Positions 11,388 to 23,300 of a DNA stretch of 64,000 nt are shown here, in pieces. The notes beneath the pieces were generated by a model. That model searched no databases. It saw only the letters and a list, made by a program, of their open reading frames with translations, and was not told where the DNA came from. The position numbers and the translations under genes were made by a program. Each line of letters starts with the position of its first letter. The stretch's first letter is position 1. Source of the stretch: Eukaryota sp. TZLM1-RC (taxonomy: Eukaryota > Protista > Metamonada: BaSk clade); assembly GCA_040285825.1 (NCBI GenBank), contig JAUPSS010000001.1, forward strand, positions 1,798,001 through 1,862,000, given 5' to 3'.

Positions 11388-14300
11388 TTTTTTCTCACTC
11401 ACTTTCAACGTCCTCCTTTTTCTTAACTTGACGTCCTATTGTCGGTTCGATTGAATTCCTCCAGTCTTAATGTCAGACACTCTCAGTGATACTGACTGGA
11501 CTGCAAAAAGTACTGAACGTGATCTTGACAAACCAACCTCCTCAACCACCAATCGTTCTCATTCTCCCCACCTGTCACTCCATGCTAGAAAATCATTGGA
11601 AAAAAATTTAAATGAAAATTTTTCTAAACCCCGCCGCAAATGTAGTAAATGTCGAAAATCCGGACATAACATTGCAACTTGTCCGCTTATTCAAAAGGAA
11701 AAACTGAATGCTCGTGCTGCAATTGCTGATTTAAATTTTTCGTTATCACACAATCCTAAAAATGAATTTTTAAGTGAGATTCCCGATAACACTCCTATCA
11801 AAGAAGATCAAAAGGATGAAAAAAAATGTGTTTTTTGTCGAAAGTTTGTTGCTGTCAATGATTCCGGTCGACCTTTACTTTTTTGTGATTCTTGTGTTGC
11901 TGCTGATCAGCTACGTTGTCCCATTCGTGTTCCTGCTCAGCTTAGTCCGTTGGCTTCGATACCTTTTGCTGTTGTTCTTCGTGCCTTTACTGAAAATCTC
12001 CGTAAAGGATTATGGGATGTTACGCCTATTTGGAAATTTTTTCTGAAAAAAGATAAAAAACTTTTATCGAAAAAATCAAATTTTAAAAAAAATGTGTTTT
12101 CGAAAGAAAAATTAGTGAGAAAATTAGCTTTAAAAGGACGTTTTGGATCTGCAAAACAATGTTTATTCTCTTCTGATTTAGCTGAATGTAATGAAAGCAC
12201 ATTGTTCCAATTGAATCATCTTCATCCAGAAGAAAATTTTCATTGTACTAAACCAGATTTAGTTGATTATTGGCTGCAAAATCCTGTCAATGCTTCTGAG
12301 GTATTGAAACTGATTCAGCAAATGCCTACTGGAAAAGCTCCTGGGCCATCTTTGTTGAATTTTGACATGATCAAATCAGCTGTTGGACAGTGTCCTGAAA
12401 TTGCTGACGATCTTGTTCTTTTTTTCAACAATCTTCTTACGTTAAAAATTAAAGTCCCTTTTGAGATGACCAGTGCTCGCTTAATTGCCCTTAAAAAAAG
12501 TCAATCCAAAATCCGTCCAATTGCAATTGGAGAATCTTTTTCAAGAATTCTTGCGTCTCTTGTTTTCAATAGAATTGGAAAAAAAGCCAAGGAATTTTTC
12601 AGTCCGTTTCAATTTGGAATCAAGACAATTGATGGTGCTTTTTCTGCTGCTCTTTCGTCTGATGTGTTTTTTAATTCTAGTGATTCTAATTACATCTTCA
12701 ATTTAGATTTTAAGAATGCTTTCAATTCTGTATCTCGTTCTTCCATTTTACCTTTACTGCAAAAGCATTTTCCTGAAGTTGAGCCTTTTTTCTATTCATT
12801 TTATGGAAAATCATCCACATTGGTCTATGAAAATTTTGACCTGCTTTCGTCTTCAGGTGTTAAACAAGGTGATCCACTTGGTCCTTTTTTCTTTTGTCTG
12901 GCAATTCATCCATTAATGTGCGAATTGAAAGAAAAATTCCCAGAAATAGATATTGTAGCATATATGGATGACATTTCTGTAATTGCTCCTATTACAATTC
13001 TGAAACAAATAGCAACTCTTATTCAACAGCGTTATGAAGATATTGGTCTCTCATTGAATATCTCCAAATGTTTGATTATTGGCCATGAACCAATTGATTT
13101 TTTCATTAATGATGTCAATGTCCCCTTTATCAATTATGATCAGTCTGGTTTTCGTTTTTTGGGTTGTTATCTCGGAAATATTGATGAAGTCAAAAGCCAA
13201 CTTTCGACTCTGTTGACTCAATTTGGAAATGAATTAGAATCAATAGAAAATTTAAATATTGAGAAACATTTGAAATTCTTTTTCCTCAAAATCTGTTATT
13301 CTGGAAAATTTACTCATATTTTGAGATCAACATCACCATCAATTTCTTTGGAGTTCTGTCGCATTTTTAATGAACAAAGAACTAATTTTTTAGCAAAATT
13401 ATTGGAAATTGATGCATCTCAGTTACGAAGCCACATTTTTTGTGGTACAAATTTTGGTGGTGTTGATTTTCATAAGTCAAGCTACCTTTGTAAAGCTGCC
13501 TTTATTGGAGGTGGAAAGAATTTTATTTATGAATTTGTGAATCGTTTTCCTGAAAAAATTCATCTCATTGAAAATTGTGGCAGCTCCTATCTTATTTCTT
13601 TGCAACAGGAAATTGAAACTCTTTCACCCAATATTTGGGCTAAATGTTTCCCCTCTGATATTGTGGAACTTCCTTCAAGAAGCTTGCTCTCCTTACCATT
13701 GACTTTTGCAAAATTGCAGAAAAAATTTTTGAAAGTTTTAGAAAACTTGGATTATATTGTACGTCTTAGCTTGGCTAAGGAAAAAAATCCCGTTTTTGCA
13801 AACTTTTTGATTGATCTTGAAGACAGTTGCTCAAGTTGCTTAATCTCCCAAATTCCCAACATTTACGGCCTTCTACTTAATGATCACCAATGGACCACTG
13901 CAATGAGATTGAGATGTTTTCTATGGCCTTGTTCATTGCCAAATGATTTAATTTGTCGCTGCAAGAGTGTTGTTACGCTTTCCCATATTTTAAACTGTAA
14001 GCATTTCATAACTTATCGCTCACTTGTTCATGACTCAGTTCGTGATCAATTATATGCCATGTGCAAAAGTTTCAATATAGAGGCATTTATCGAGCCACTA
14101 GTACGTAAGCTGTCTTCAGATCAAACTGATGATTCCTTTGGTAAAAGAAGGGCAGATTTAGTAGCTCCAGGGATCGATGGTGTTCTCAATGTTGTAGACG
14201 TTGTCTCAGTGGATGTTTGCAAAAATTCTGCTGCTCGTTTAGTGTATTCCGCTGACTCGCCGTTATCTAACGCCGAAAAAAAGAAGATAAAAAAATATGA

Positions 14301-14653
14301 AGAACCTTTGGCACAGTTAGGTAGAGTGGAACATGTGAAATATCAGTTTGTGCCGTTTGCAATTTCTCTTTTTGGCAATATTGGACCTTCAGGCTTGCAC
14401 TTTTTGGAAAATTTTAAAAAAGTATTACTGAATAGGTCTGGTAAAACAATGAACTCCACTTTCTGGTTAAATAGAATTGTTTTTTGCATTTTCAAGTCTA
14501 TTCCAACAATGATTTCAAAGGCACTTTTAGCTATTGGTGTAGAATATGAACGTAATGCTGTGAGTAGGTTCAGTAATAGTGACGCTTGTTTGGAGGATAT
14601 TGAATTCTAGATGGTTATTTTTATCTCAATAAATATTCCAGTTTTTTAAAAAA
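11388..14653 (+). mobile_element. Full-length family C CRE-like element, potentially active
   Basis: TSD aatttgccatt at 11377-11387/14654-14664; 5' (T)nCTCACTCAC; intact ORF; about 40-nt 3' UTR with AATAAA and an A-tail. Confidence 0.93.
11470..14610 (+). CDS. 1046-aa retrotransposon protein: CCHC knuckle, C4 finger, reverse transcriptase, CCHC motif and restriction-like endonuclease
   Basis: CSKCRKSGHNIATC; CVFC..CDSC; KAPGPS; RPIAIGE; LDFKNAFN; GVKQGDPLGP; YMDD; FLG; CRC-x7-HILNC; RSLVHD; EP; RADL..VVD; EKKKIKKY. Confidence 0.95.
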   Translation: MSDTLSDTDWTAKSTERDLDKPTSSTTNRSHSPHLSLHARKSLEKNLNENFSKPRRKCSKCRKSGHNIATCPLIQKEKLNARAAIADLNFSLSHNPKNEFLSEIPDNTPIKEDQKDEKKCVFCRKFVAVNDSGRPLLFCDSCVAADQLRCPIRVPAQLSPLASIPFAVVLRAFTENLRKGLWDVTPIWKFFLKKDKKLLSKKSNFKKNVFSKEKLVRKLALKGRFGSAKQCLFSSDLAECNESTLFQLNHLHPEENFHCTKPDLVDYWLQNPVNASEVLKLIQQMPTGKAPGPSLLNFDMIKSAVGQCPEIADDLVLFFNNLLTLKIKVPFEMTSARLIALKKSQSKIRPIAIGESFSRILASLVFNRIGKKAKEFFSPFQFGIKTIDGAFSAALSSDVFFNSSDSNYIFNLDFKNAFNSVSRSSILPLLQKHFPEVEPFFYSFYGKSSTLVYENFDLLSSSGVKQGDPLGPFFFCLAIHPLMCELKEKFPEIDIVAYMDDISVIAPITILKQIATLIQQRYEDIGLSLNISKCLIIGHEPIDFFINDVNVPFINYDQSGFRFLGCYLGNIDEVKSQLSTLLTQFGNELESIENLNIEKHLKFFFLKICYSGKFTHILRSTSPSISLEFCRIFNEQRTNFLAKLLEIDASQLRSHIFCGTNFGGVDFHKSSYLCKAAFIGGGKNFIYEFVNRFPEKIHLIENCGSSYLISLQQEIETLSPNIWAKCFPSDIVELPSRSLLSLPLTFAKLQKKFLKVLENLDYIVRLSLAKEKNPVFANFLIDLEDSCSSCLISQIPNIYGLLLNDHQWTTAMRLRCFLWPCSLPNDLICRCKSVVTLSHILNCKHFITYRSLVHDSVRDQLYAMCKSFNIEAFIEPLVRKLSSDQTDDSFGKRRADLVAPGIDGVLNVVDVVSVDVCKNSAARLVYSADSPLSNAEKKKIKKYEEPLAQLGRVEHVKYQFVPFAISLFGNIGPSGLHFLENFKKVLLNRSGKTMNSTFWLNRIVFCIFKSIPTMISKALLAIGVEYERNAVSRFSNSDACLEDIEF

Positions 14654-14966
14654 AATTTGCCATTATTAATAGATTACCGCGGTTTTTCAATCGAATTAGA
14701 GAAGCTTTAGCTAGACAGCAAGCAAATCAAGATTTTGTAGAGGAAATCTTGGTTTAATGATAGTCGTCCCATTAGTTATGATTTAATTTAATCAAGTGTG
14801 CAAATTCAATAAATACAAAATTTTATATCTACCTCGCAAAAACAATTTTCTTGCCTGAAAAGATGAATTAGCTTTTCCCTGTTTTGGTTTGTAATAAATT
14901 TTCTTCTTATTCTTTTTGGCAAAGAATTTCCAAAAATCTTGTTATGTTCCATTTGTTTAATTTCAA

Positions 14967-17900
14967 TTTTTTTAAATTTAATTTTATTCTAAACCTATAA
15001 ATCAACATCTAAAAAAATCCATCTCTCCCAAAGCAAAAACACTAGATGCAACTCTCTCATAGTGAGATCCAAGAGAAAGCAAAGCATCAGAAACCATCTT
15101 CAACATCCCCTTAAAAATAGAAAACACAATTCTATTTTGCCAAAACAATCTGTTGAAATTTCTGCCAGTTCTTCTCTTTACAATCATTTCAAAATCATCC
15201 AAAAACGTAAAGCAGTTGGTGCAAGTGAACCAAAAAGGGAAAATACAAATGGATACAAATTGTATTTTGCATGCTGTAGACTGGCCAATTTGGACAAAGG
15301 TTCATTGTATTTTTTTCTTTTTTATTAGAAGTAAATGAATCTTTAATTCGAAGTCATGTATTTTGTTCAGCAGATTTTTTTATTACTTTTAATTCAGCAG
15401 ATTTGGGTGGCATTGGATTCACCAAATCTTCGATTCTGTGTAAAGCAGCATTTTTGGGAGGTGGTAAAAATTTTGTTTTCGAATTTTTCCAAAGGTTCCC
15501 TTTTGATGTTCATCTGATCAATGGTGAATCAAATTTTTATTTGAATCAACTTCTAACTTTTGCATACTTTTTCCGTTTGTACAATTCGGAGTCATCATCA
15601 GGGGGGATACTTCGGATTGAGCATTTTTCAAGGCATTTTGCTTAAATACATCCACTGTTACGACATCAACAACATTCATGACATCATCAAACGAGGGCAC
15701 AACAACATCAGCACGTCGTTTTCCATATTCTGAATCTCTTACGCTTTCATTTATATCAAGAGACCTCAACAAAGGTTCTACAAAAGATTCAATATGATAG
15801 GAATTACACATTGCATGGATTTGATCTCTGACTGCATCATGCAATGTAGAACGATAGGAAATATATCTATTACAATTAAATAAATTTGATAATGTCAAAC
15901 CAGCTCCACATTTACAAAACAAATCATTGGGCAAATTACAAGGCCATAAATAACAACGCATTCTTATAGCAGTGGTCCATTGGTCGTCATTCAAAAATAG
16001 ACCATAAATCTGGGGAATTTGATTTATCAAAACTGCAGATGAACTGTCCTTCAAATCAATCAAAAAATTGGCAAAAGCAGGATTTTCTTTCTTAGCCGTG
16101 CTAAGTCGAACAATAAAATCCTTGTTTTCAAAATTTTTCAAAAGATGTCGTTGGAGCTTTTTCAACGCAAACTTTAATGAATATAAACTTCTGTCTGGAA
16201 TTTCTTGAATGGATATGGGGAAACATGATTGCCATAAGTCGGGAGATAAACTGGATATTTCTTCTCTTAAGTTATCCAGGAATATGCTATTTGTATTTTC
16301 AAGAAATCTTCTTGAAAATTGATATATTTATTGAATTTGCACACTTGATTAAATTAAATCATAACTAATGGGACGACTATTCTAGAGAATTCAAATACAA
16401 AATTTTTTCCACCACCAATAAATGCAGCTTTGGTCAAATATTTTGATGAATTGAATCCAACACCGCCAAGTTGAACATCAGAAAAAATATGATTTTTCAA
16501 AATTGATGGATCAACAGACATTAAATAAGCCAAAAATTGGGTACGTATTTTGTTAAATTGTCTACAAAAATTGTAAGTTAGGGATGGAGGTAATGATCGC
16601 AGTAAATGAGTAATTTTTCCAGCATAACAAATTTTCAAAAGAAAAAAACTTAAGATGTTTTTCCAATTCAAGAGTTTTTATGACTTCTAGCTCTTTTTTT
16701 AATTGAATTTAAATAATTTTCAAGGCTGGCCAGTGTCTTTTCGGCGGAACCTAAATAGCAACCCAGAAAGCAGAAAATAGTTGAAGTATAATCAATATAT
16801 GGAACTTCGAGGGAATTAATTATTAACTTAACATTTTTTCTAGAAATACAAAAACATTTTTGAACATTCAAATCAAGACCTATGGATTGGTATAATGTAG
16901 CAGCTTCATTAGCAACCCTATTAATTGTACTTTCTGGACCAATACAAGAAATGTCATCCATGTAAGCTACCACTTGAAGGTCAGAATTTTCTTCTTTCAA
17001 TTTTTTCAAAATTGGGTGAATTGCAAGACAAAAAAAGAAAGGACCTAAAGGGTCTCCTTGTTTAACTCCTGATAAAGAAACCAGATTAAAAGAATTAAAA
17101 ATTAAATCAGATGAATTACCATAAAACCTATAAAAAAAGGTTTCGAGTTCAGGAAAATTTGATTTGATTTCATTCCAAATTGAATCTCTTTTCACTGAAT
17201 TGAAAGCATTTTTGAAATCAAGATTAAAAATGCAACTATTTTCGTGACAATTGAAAAACAGATCAGATGTCAAAGCTGCAACTGAAGCTCCATCTATGGT
17301 TTTGATTCCATATTGGAATGGAGAAAAGTATTCTTTAGCTTTTGTTGAAACTCGATTAAAAATTACTGAAGACATCAGGCGATAAATGGCTTCACCAATG
17401 GCAATTGGGCGAACTTTTCCATTAGGTTTAGTTAAAGCCACTAACCGTGATGCACTTAATTCTTTGGGTGGAACAATTTTCATTGTCAAAACATCTTGAA
17501 AAAAGGAACATAAAGATATCACTAGGCAAATTATCTAATTCGATTTGAAGTTTTTTTAAAAACTGGAATATTTATTGAGATAAAAATAACCATCTAGAAT
17601 TCAATATCCTCCAAACAAGCGTCACTATTACTGAACCTACTCACAGCATTACGTTCATATTCTACACCAATAGCTAAAAGTGCCTTTGAAATCATTGTTG
17701 GAATAGACTTGAAAATGCAAAAAACAATTCTATTTAACCAGAAAGTGGAGTTCATTGTTTTACCAGACCTATTCAGTAATACTTTTTTAAAATTTTCCAA
17801 AAAGTGCAAGCCTGAAGGTCCAATATTGCCAAAAAGAGAAATTGCAAACGGCACAAACTGATATTTCACATGTTCCACTCTACCTAACTGTGCCAAAGGT

Positions 17901-19742
17901 TCTTCACATTTTTTTATCTTCTTTTTTTCGGCGTTAGAAGTTGATTCAAATAAAAATTTGATTCACCATTGATCAGATGAACATCAAAAGGGAACCTTTG
18001 GAAAAATTCGAAAACAAAATTTTTACCACCTCCCAAAAATGCTGCTTTACACAGAATCGAAGATTTGGTGAATCCAATGCCACCCAAATCTGCAGAATTA
18101 AAAGTAATAAAAAAAATCTGCTGAACAAAATACATGACTTCGAATTAAAGATTCATTTACTTCTAATAAAAAAGAAAAAAATACAATGAACCTTTGTCCA
18201 AATTGGCCAGTCTACAGCATGCAAAATACAATTTGTATCCATTTGTATTTTCCCTTTTTGGTTCACTTGCACCAACTGCTTTACGTTTTTTGGATGATTT
18301 TGAAATGATTGTAAAGAGAAGAACTGGCAGAAATTTCAACAGATTGTTTTGGCAAAATAGAATTGTGTTTTCTATTTTTAAGGGGATGTTGAAGATGGTT
18401 TCTGATGCTTTGCTTTCTCTTGGATCTCACTATGAGAGAGTTGCATCTAGTGTTTTTGTTTTGGGAGAGATGGATTTTTTAGATGTTGATTTATAGGTTT
18501 TGAATAAAATTAAATTTTTTTTAAAAAAAAAGGTTCTACATCCAATAAATCAGCAAAAAATTCTGTTCTCAATGAATTAAAAGAACGACAAAAATCTAAT
18601 GCTATGGAAGGAGCACAAGATCTCAAAATGTGGGTTATTCTCCCAGTGTAGCAAATTTTAAGCATGAAAAATTTAATATGCTTTTCAATATCTAAAGAAG
18701 AAATTGAATCAAGTTCAATTTTCATTTTTTCCAAAATAACTTGCAATTCATTCTGAATTTGAGGCACATTTCCTAACCAACAACCAAGGAACTTAAAAGC
18801 ATCACTACTATAATTAGTAAAAGGGACAATAGAATCGTTTATCACGAGGTCTTGAGCAGAAGAGCCAATCAGAAGGCATTTGCTGGCATTAAGATGAAGC
18901 CCAATATTTTCATATGAATCGGCAATTTCTTGAGCAACCAATTCTAGTAAATCAAATGAACCAATCAAGGATATATCATCCATAAAAGCATCTATTTTTA
19001 TAGAAGGGTATTTTTGCTTAATGATATTTAAAGTTTTGTGAATAGCTAAACAAAACAATAATGGGCCTAAAGGATCTCCCTGCTTCACTCCAGAAGATGA
19101 TTTAAGACCAAATGAATTAAAAATTAAATCTGATTCTTTCCCATAACAATGGTAGAAAAAACTCGATAGCTCAGGAAAATCAGATTTAATAATTTCAAAA
19201 ATTGCTTCTCGCTTTACAGAATTAAAAGCATTTTTAAAGTCGAGATTAAAAATAAAATTATTTTCCTCTGCATTAAAAAAGGTATCAGAGGCAATAGCAG
19301 CAACAGAAGCACCATCAATTGTTTTGATTCCAAATTGATGAGGATTCAAAAATGTAGAAGCTTTGTCTTTAACACGATCGAAGACAATTGATGCCAGCAA
19401 ACGAGAAAGAGATTCACCAACAGCAATTGGGCGTATTCCATCAGGTTTGATTCCGTACATACAAATAGGGACTACAATTGGGGACTAACAGATGAGAATC
19501 ATCAGGAAATCTACGAGAAAATTCATAAATAAAATTTTTGCCACCACCCAAGAATGCTGATTGACACAAAATTGAAGATTTAGTAAAACCAATACCACCC
19601 AAATTTGCTGAAGAAAATAAATGGCTTTTCAACATTCCTGGTTCTACATCCGAGAACCAATTCGAGAAGCAATTTTTGAAGTTATTAAATCTGATTTTCC
19701 TGAGCTATCGAGTTTTTTCTACCATTTTTATGGGAAAGAATC
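14967..19742. mobile_element. Mosaic of CRE fragments: A(-) 14967-15317, B(+) 15321-15551, D(-) 15558-17510, C(-) 17550-17939 inside B(-) 17513-18170, A(+) 18178-18530, A(-) 18531-19651, A(+) 19663-19742
   Basis: Each piece matches a family seen elsewhere in the window. RT motifs in ORFs 16668-17522 and 18510-19460. Boundaries are approximate. Confidence 0.8.
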
Positions 19743-20339
19743 TTCTTTTTATTATGAGCTAAATACTACGACAATTCAGAAATTCCTCATCCAACTACTC
19801 AACTACTAGTAGTCAATACTCCAAAAAGACACTGAACAACCAGCACAAAGCAAAAAAGTACATGATTGACATTACTAAGCGGCCGTCTGAGATGCTCCAA
19901 GAGCGTTTTAAAGGCGACAGCAAGCATTTCATCACACATACGATTGTTTGAACCAGCAACAACATCCAATAAGAAGAATGAAAATTCTATCTCAAGAACA
20001 ACTAACCAAACTTTCAGTAAAGAGATCACAAACTTTCTATTTCCATTACTAAGCGGCCGTCTGAGAAGCTCCAAGAGCGGTTTAAAGGCGACAGCAAGCT
20101 TTTCATGAGAAGAGAAATGCGAACATCTGCTGATGGTCAAGTCAAATTGAACAATAAACAAAATGCTTGTGAGAAGAGAACTAATTTTTTTTAACATACT
20201 AATTAAGAGAACTAATTTGTCTCCAAATTGATGTTTCAAAGGATGATGTTATCAGTGGAAAAACATTCAGTAGAGTCAACAAAGAAGAGGGAGACAACGT
20301 AGAGCACTTTTTACGCTTTTTGAAAGTTTTAGAAAACTT

Positions 20340-23300
20340 TTTTTTTCATTAAAATTTTAATTTATTTTCAAAACCACAGTCTAAAAGTCAATATCTTCAA
20401 AACAAGCTTCCACACCATCAAACCTTACAGCAGCAATGTTTTCATAATGTGCACTGACAGACATTAAAGCTTTTGAAATCATTTTAGGAATTGATTTGAA
20501 AATAGTAAAAACAATACGATTTAGCCACAAGCGACGATCAAAACGCTTATTCATTCTTTTTTTCACAAGATTTTCAAAATCATCAATAAAATTCAAAGCA
20601 GTTTTTCCAAGACGACCATACAACGATATAGCAAATGGGAAAATTTGGTAATCTACATGGCGAACATGTTTCAATTCTTTTAAAGGATTTGCATACTTTT
20701 TCCGTTTGTACAATTCGGAGTCATCAAGGGGGGATACTTCGGATTGAGCATTTTTCAAGGCATTTTTCTTGCAAACATCCACTGTTACGACATCAACAAC
20801 ATTCATGACATCATCAAACGAGGGCACAACAACATCAGCACGTCGTTTTCCATATTCTGAATCTCTTACGCTTTCATTTATATCCAGAGACCTCAACAAA
20901 GGTTCTACAAAAGATTCAATATGATAGGAATTACACTTTGCATGGATTTGATCTCTGACTGCATCATGCAATGTAGAACGATAGGAAATATATCTATTAC
21001 AATTAAATAAATGTAATAATGTCAAAGCAGCTCCACATTTACAAAACAAATCATTGGGCAAATTACAAGGCCATAAATATCAACGCATTCTCATAGCAGT
21101 GGTCCATTGGCCGTCATTCAAAAATAGACCATAAATCTGGGGAATTTGATTTATCAAAACTGCAGATGATCTGTCTTTCAAATCAATCAAAAAATTGGCA
21201 GAAGCAGGATTTTCTTTCATAGCCGTGCTAAGTCGAACAATAAAATCCTTGTTTTCAAAATTTTTCAAAAGATGTCGTTGGAGCTTTTTCAACGCAAATT
21301 TTAATGAATATAAACTTCTGTCTGGAATTTCTTGAATGGAAATGGGGAAACATGATTGCCATAAGTCGGGAGATAAACTGGATATTTCTTCTCTTAAGTT
21401 ATCCAGGAATATGCTATTTGTATTTTCAAGAAGATTTTCGGCAAAAGGATATCTTCTAGAGAATTCAAATACAAAATTTTTTCCACCACCAACAAATGCA
21501 GCTTTGGCCAAATATTTTGATGAATTGAATCCAACACCGCCAAGTTGAACATCAGAAAAAATATGATTTTTCAAAATTGATGGATCAACTTTTTGTTTCT
21601 CTACTAATTTTTATTCAACAAACAAATATGAAATTCACAATTAAAACTCCACATCCTCGAAACCTGCCCCCCCTACATCAAAACAATGTATTGCTAAAGA
21701 TTCAGAAAATTTCCCAAAAGAAGATAGTGAATCAGAAATTAGTTTTACCATTCCCTTAAAATGGAAAATACAATCCTGTTTTGCCAGTAAACACGATTGA
21801 AAATTCTTCCAGTTCTTTCCTTTACAACTACAACAAAATCCTCAAGGAAAGCCATAGCAGCCTTACCTAGAGATCCAAGCAAAGAAAAAAACAAATGGAC
21901 ATAAATTATATCGGGCATGAGAATTTTCATTAACCGAGGAAATGGGTTTCGCATATTTAGCAATTTTATATTTTTCGCCTGCAAGAAGAGGATTATTTAC
22001 ATCCGAGTTAATGAAATGTTCGTTAGAGGAATTACAAGGGTCAATAGACATGGCGTCCAAAAATAGTAAAACTACCATTTAAACCAGGAACAACTAGATC
22101 ACCTCTAGTCAGACCCATAGAAGCTCTGTTGTAACGCGTACTATCAATATTGGGATCATCAAGAATTAATTTTGATAACAGCGGTTCTAAAAAGGAATCT
22201 ACACGATATGATTTGCACATTACATAAATTTGGTCCCTGACGTTATTATGCACTTTGCTTCTAAACGTAATGAAATGTTTACAGTTCAAAAGATGAGTAA
22301 ACAAAGAGGTTTACCACATTTACAAGTTAAATGATTGGGCAAATTGTTTGGCCACAGAAAACAACGAAAACGCATGTTTAGAAGCCATTCATTGTCTTTT
22401 AACAAAAGTCCATAAACAGAGGGAACTTGAGTTACTAAAGCAGCAGCTGAACTATCACGAATATCCTTTAAAAAATTACCGAAAGCGGGATTTTTAGTTT
22501 TGGCCAAGCCAAGTCTTACTTCATAATCCAAGCCTTCATATAATTAAACCAGATGGTGCTGAAGCTTTTTCAAGCAAAAACGTAAATTTGGAAGTGATCG
22601 AGTGGGAATTTCTTGAACATTTTGAGGAAAACACTGAATCCAGATATCACTAGGCAAATTATCTAATTCAAATTGCAGTTGATTCAAGTAAAAATTTGAT
22701 TCACCAAAGATCAGATGAACATCAAAAGGGGACCTTTGGAAAAATTCAAACACAAAATTTTTACCACCTCCCAAAAATGCTGCTTCACACAGAATCGAAG
22801 ATTTGGTGAATCCAATTCCACCCAAATCTGCTGAACAAAATACATGACTTCGAATTAAAGATTCATTTACTTCTAATCCACTAGTACGTAAGCTGTCTTC
22901 AGATCAAACTGATGATTCCTTTGGTAAAAGAAGGGCAGATTTAGTAGCTCCAGGGATCGATGGTGTTCTCAATGTTGTAGACGTTGTCTCAGTGGATGTT
23001 TGCAAAAATTCTGCTGCTCGTTTAGTGTATTCCGCTGACTCGCCGTTATCTAACGCCGAAAAAAGAAGATAAAAAAATATGAAGAACCTTTGGCACAGTT
23101 AGGTAGAGTGGAACATGTGAAATATCAGTTTGTGCCGTTTGCAATTTCTCTTTTTGGCAATATTGGACCTTCAGGCTTGCACTTTTTGGAAAATTTTAAA
23201 AAAGTATTACTGAATAGGTCTGGTAAAACAATGAACTCCACTTTCTGGTTAAATAGAATTGTTTTTTGCATTTTCAAGTCTATTCCAACAATGATTTCAA

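Larger units (their letters stand above)
10882..14824 (+). mobile_element. Family E CRE-like element, 5'-truncated (10882-11387 plus 14654-14824), antisense in B and split by family C
   Basis: ORF 10905-11426 has YRSSLHDAVRD, KEP, RGD..D and KEKHRKY, and resumes after C to end FVEEILV*. Uninterrupted E sequence is visible at 25900-25960 (-). Confidence 0.85.
3088..14966 (-). mobile_element. Family B CRE-like element, outermost host of the nested stack (B segments 3088-5455, 10411-10881, 14825-14966)
   Basis: The three segments are colinear with the B copy at 32289-36277. TSD aaatagtccctt at 5444-5455/10411-10422 brackets the first insert. There is an internal 265-bp tandem duplication (3678-3942/3943-4207). 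Confidence 0.85.

Noticed and set aside
19870-20099. CRISPR-like repeat-spacer
   Set aside because: Only two repeats, too long, eukaryotic context and no cas genes.
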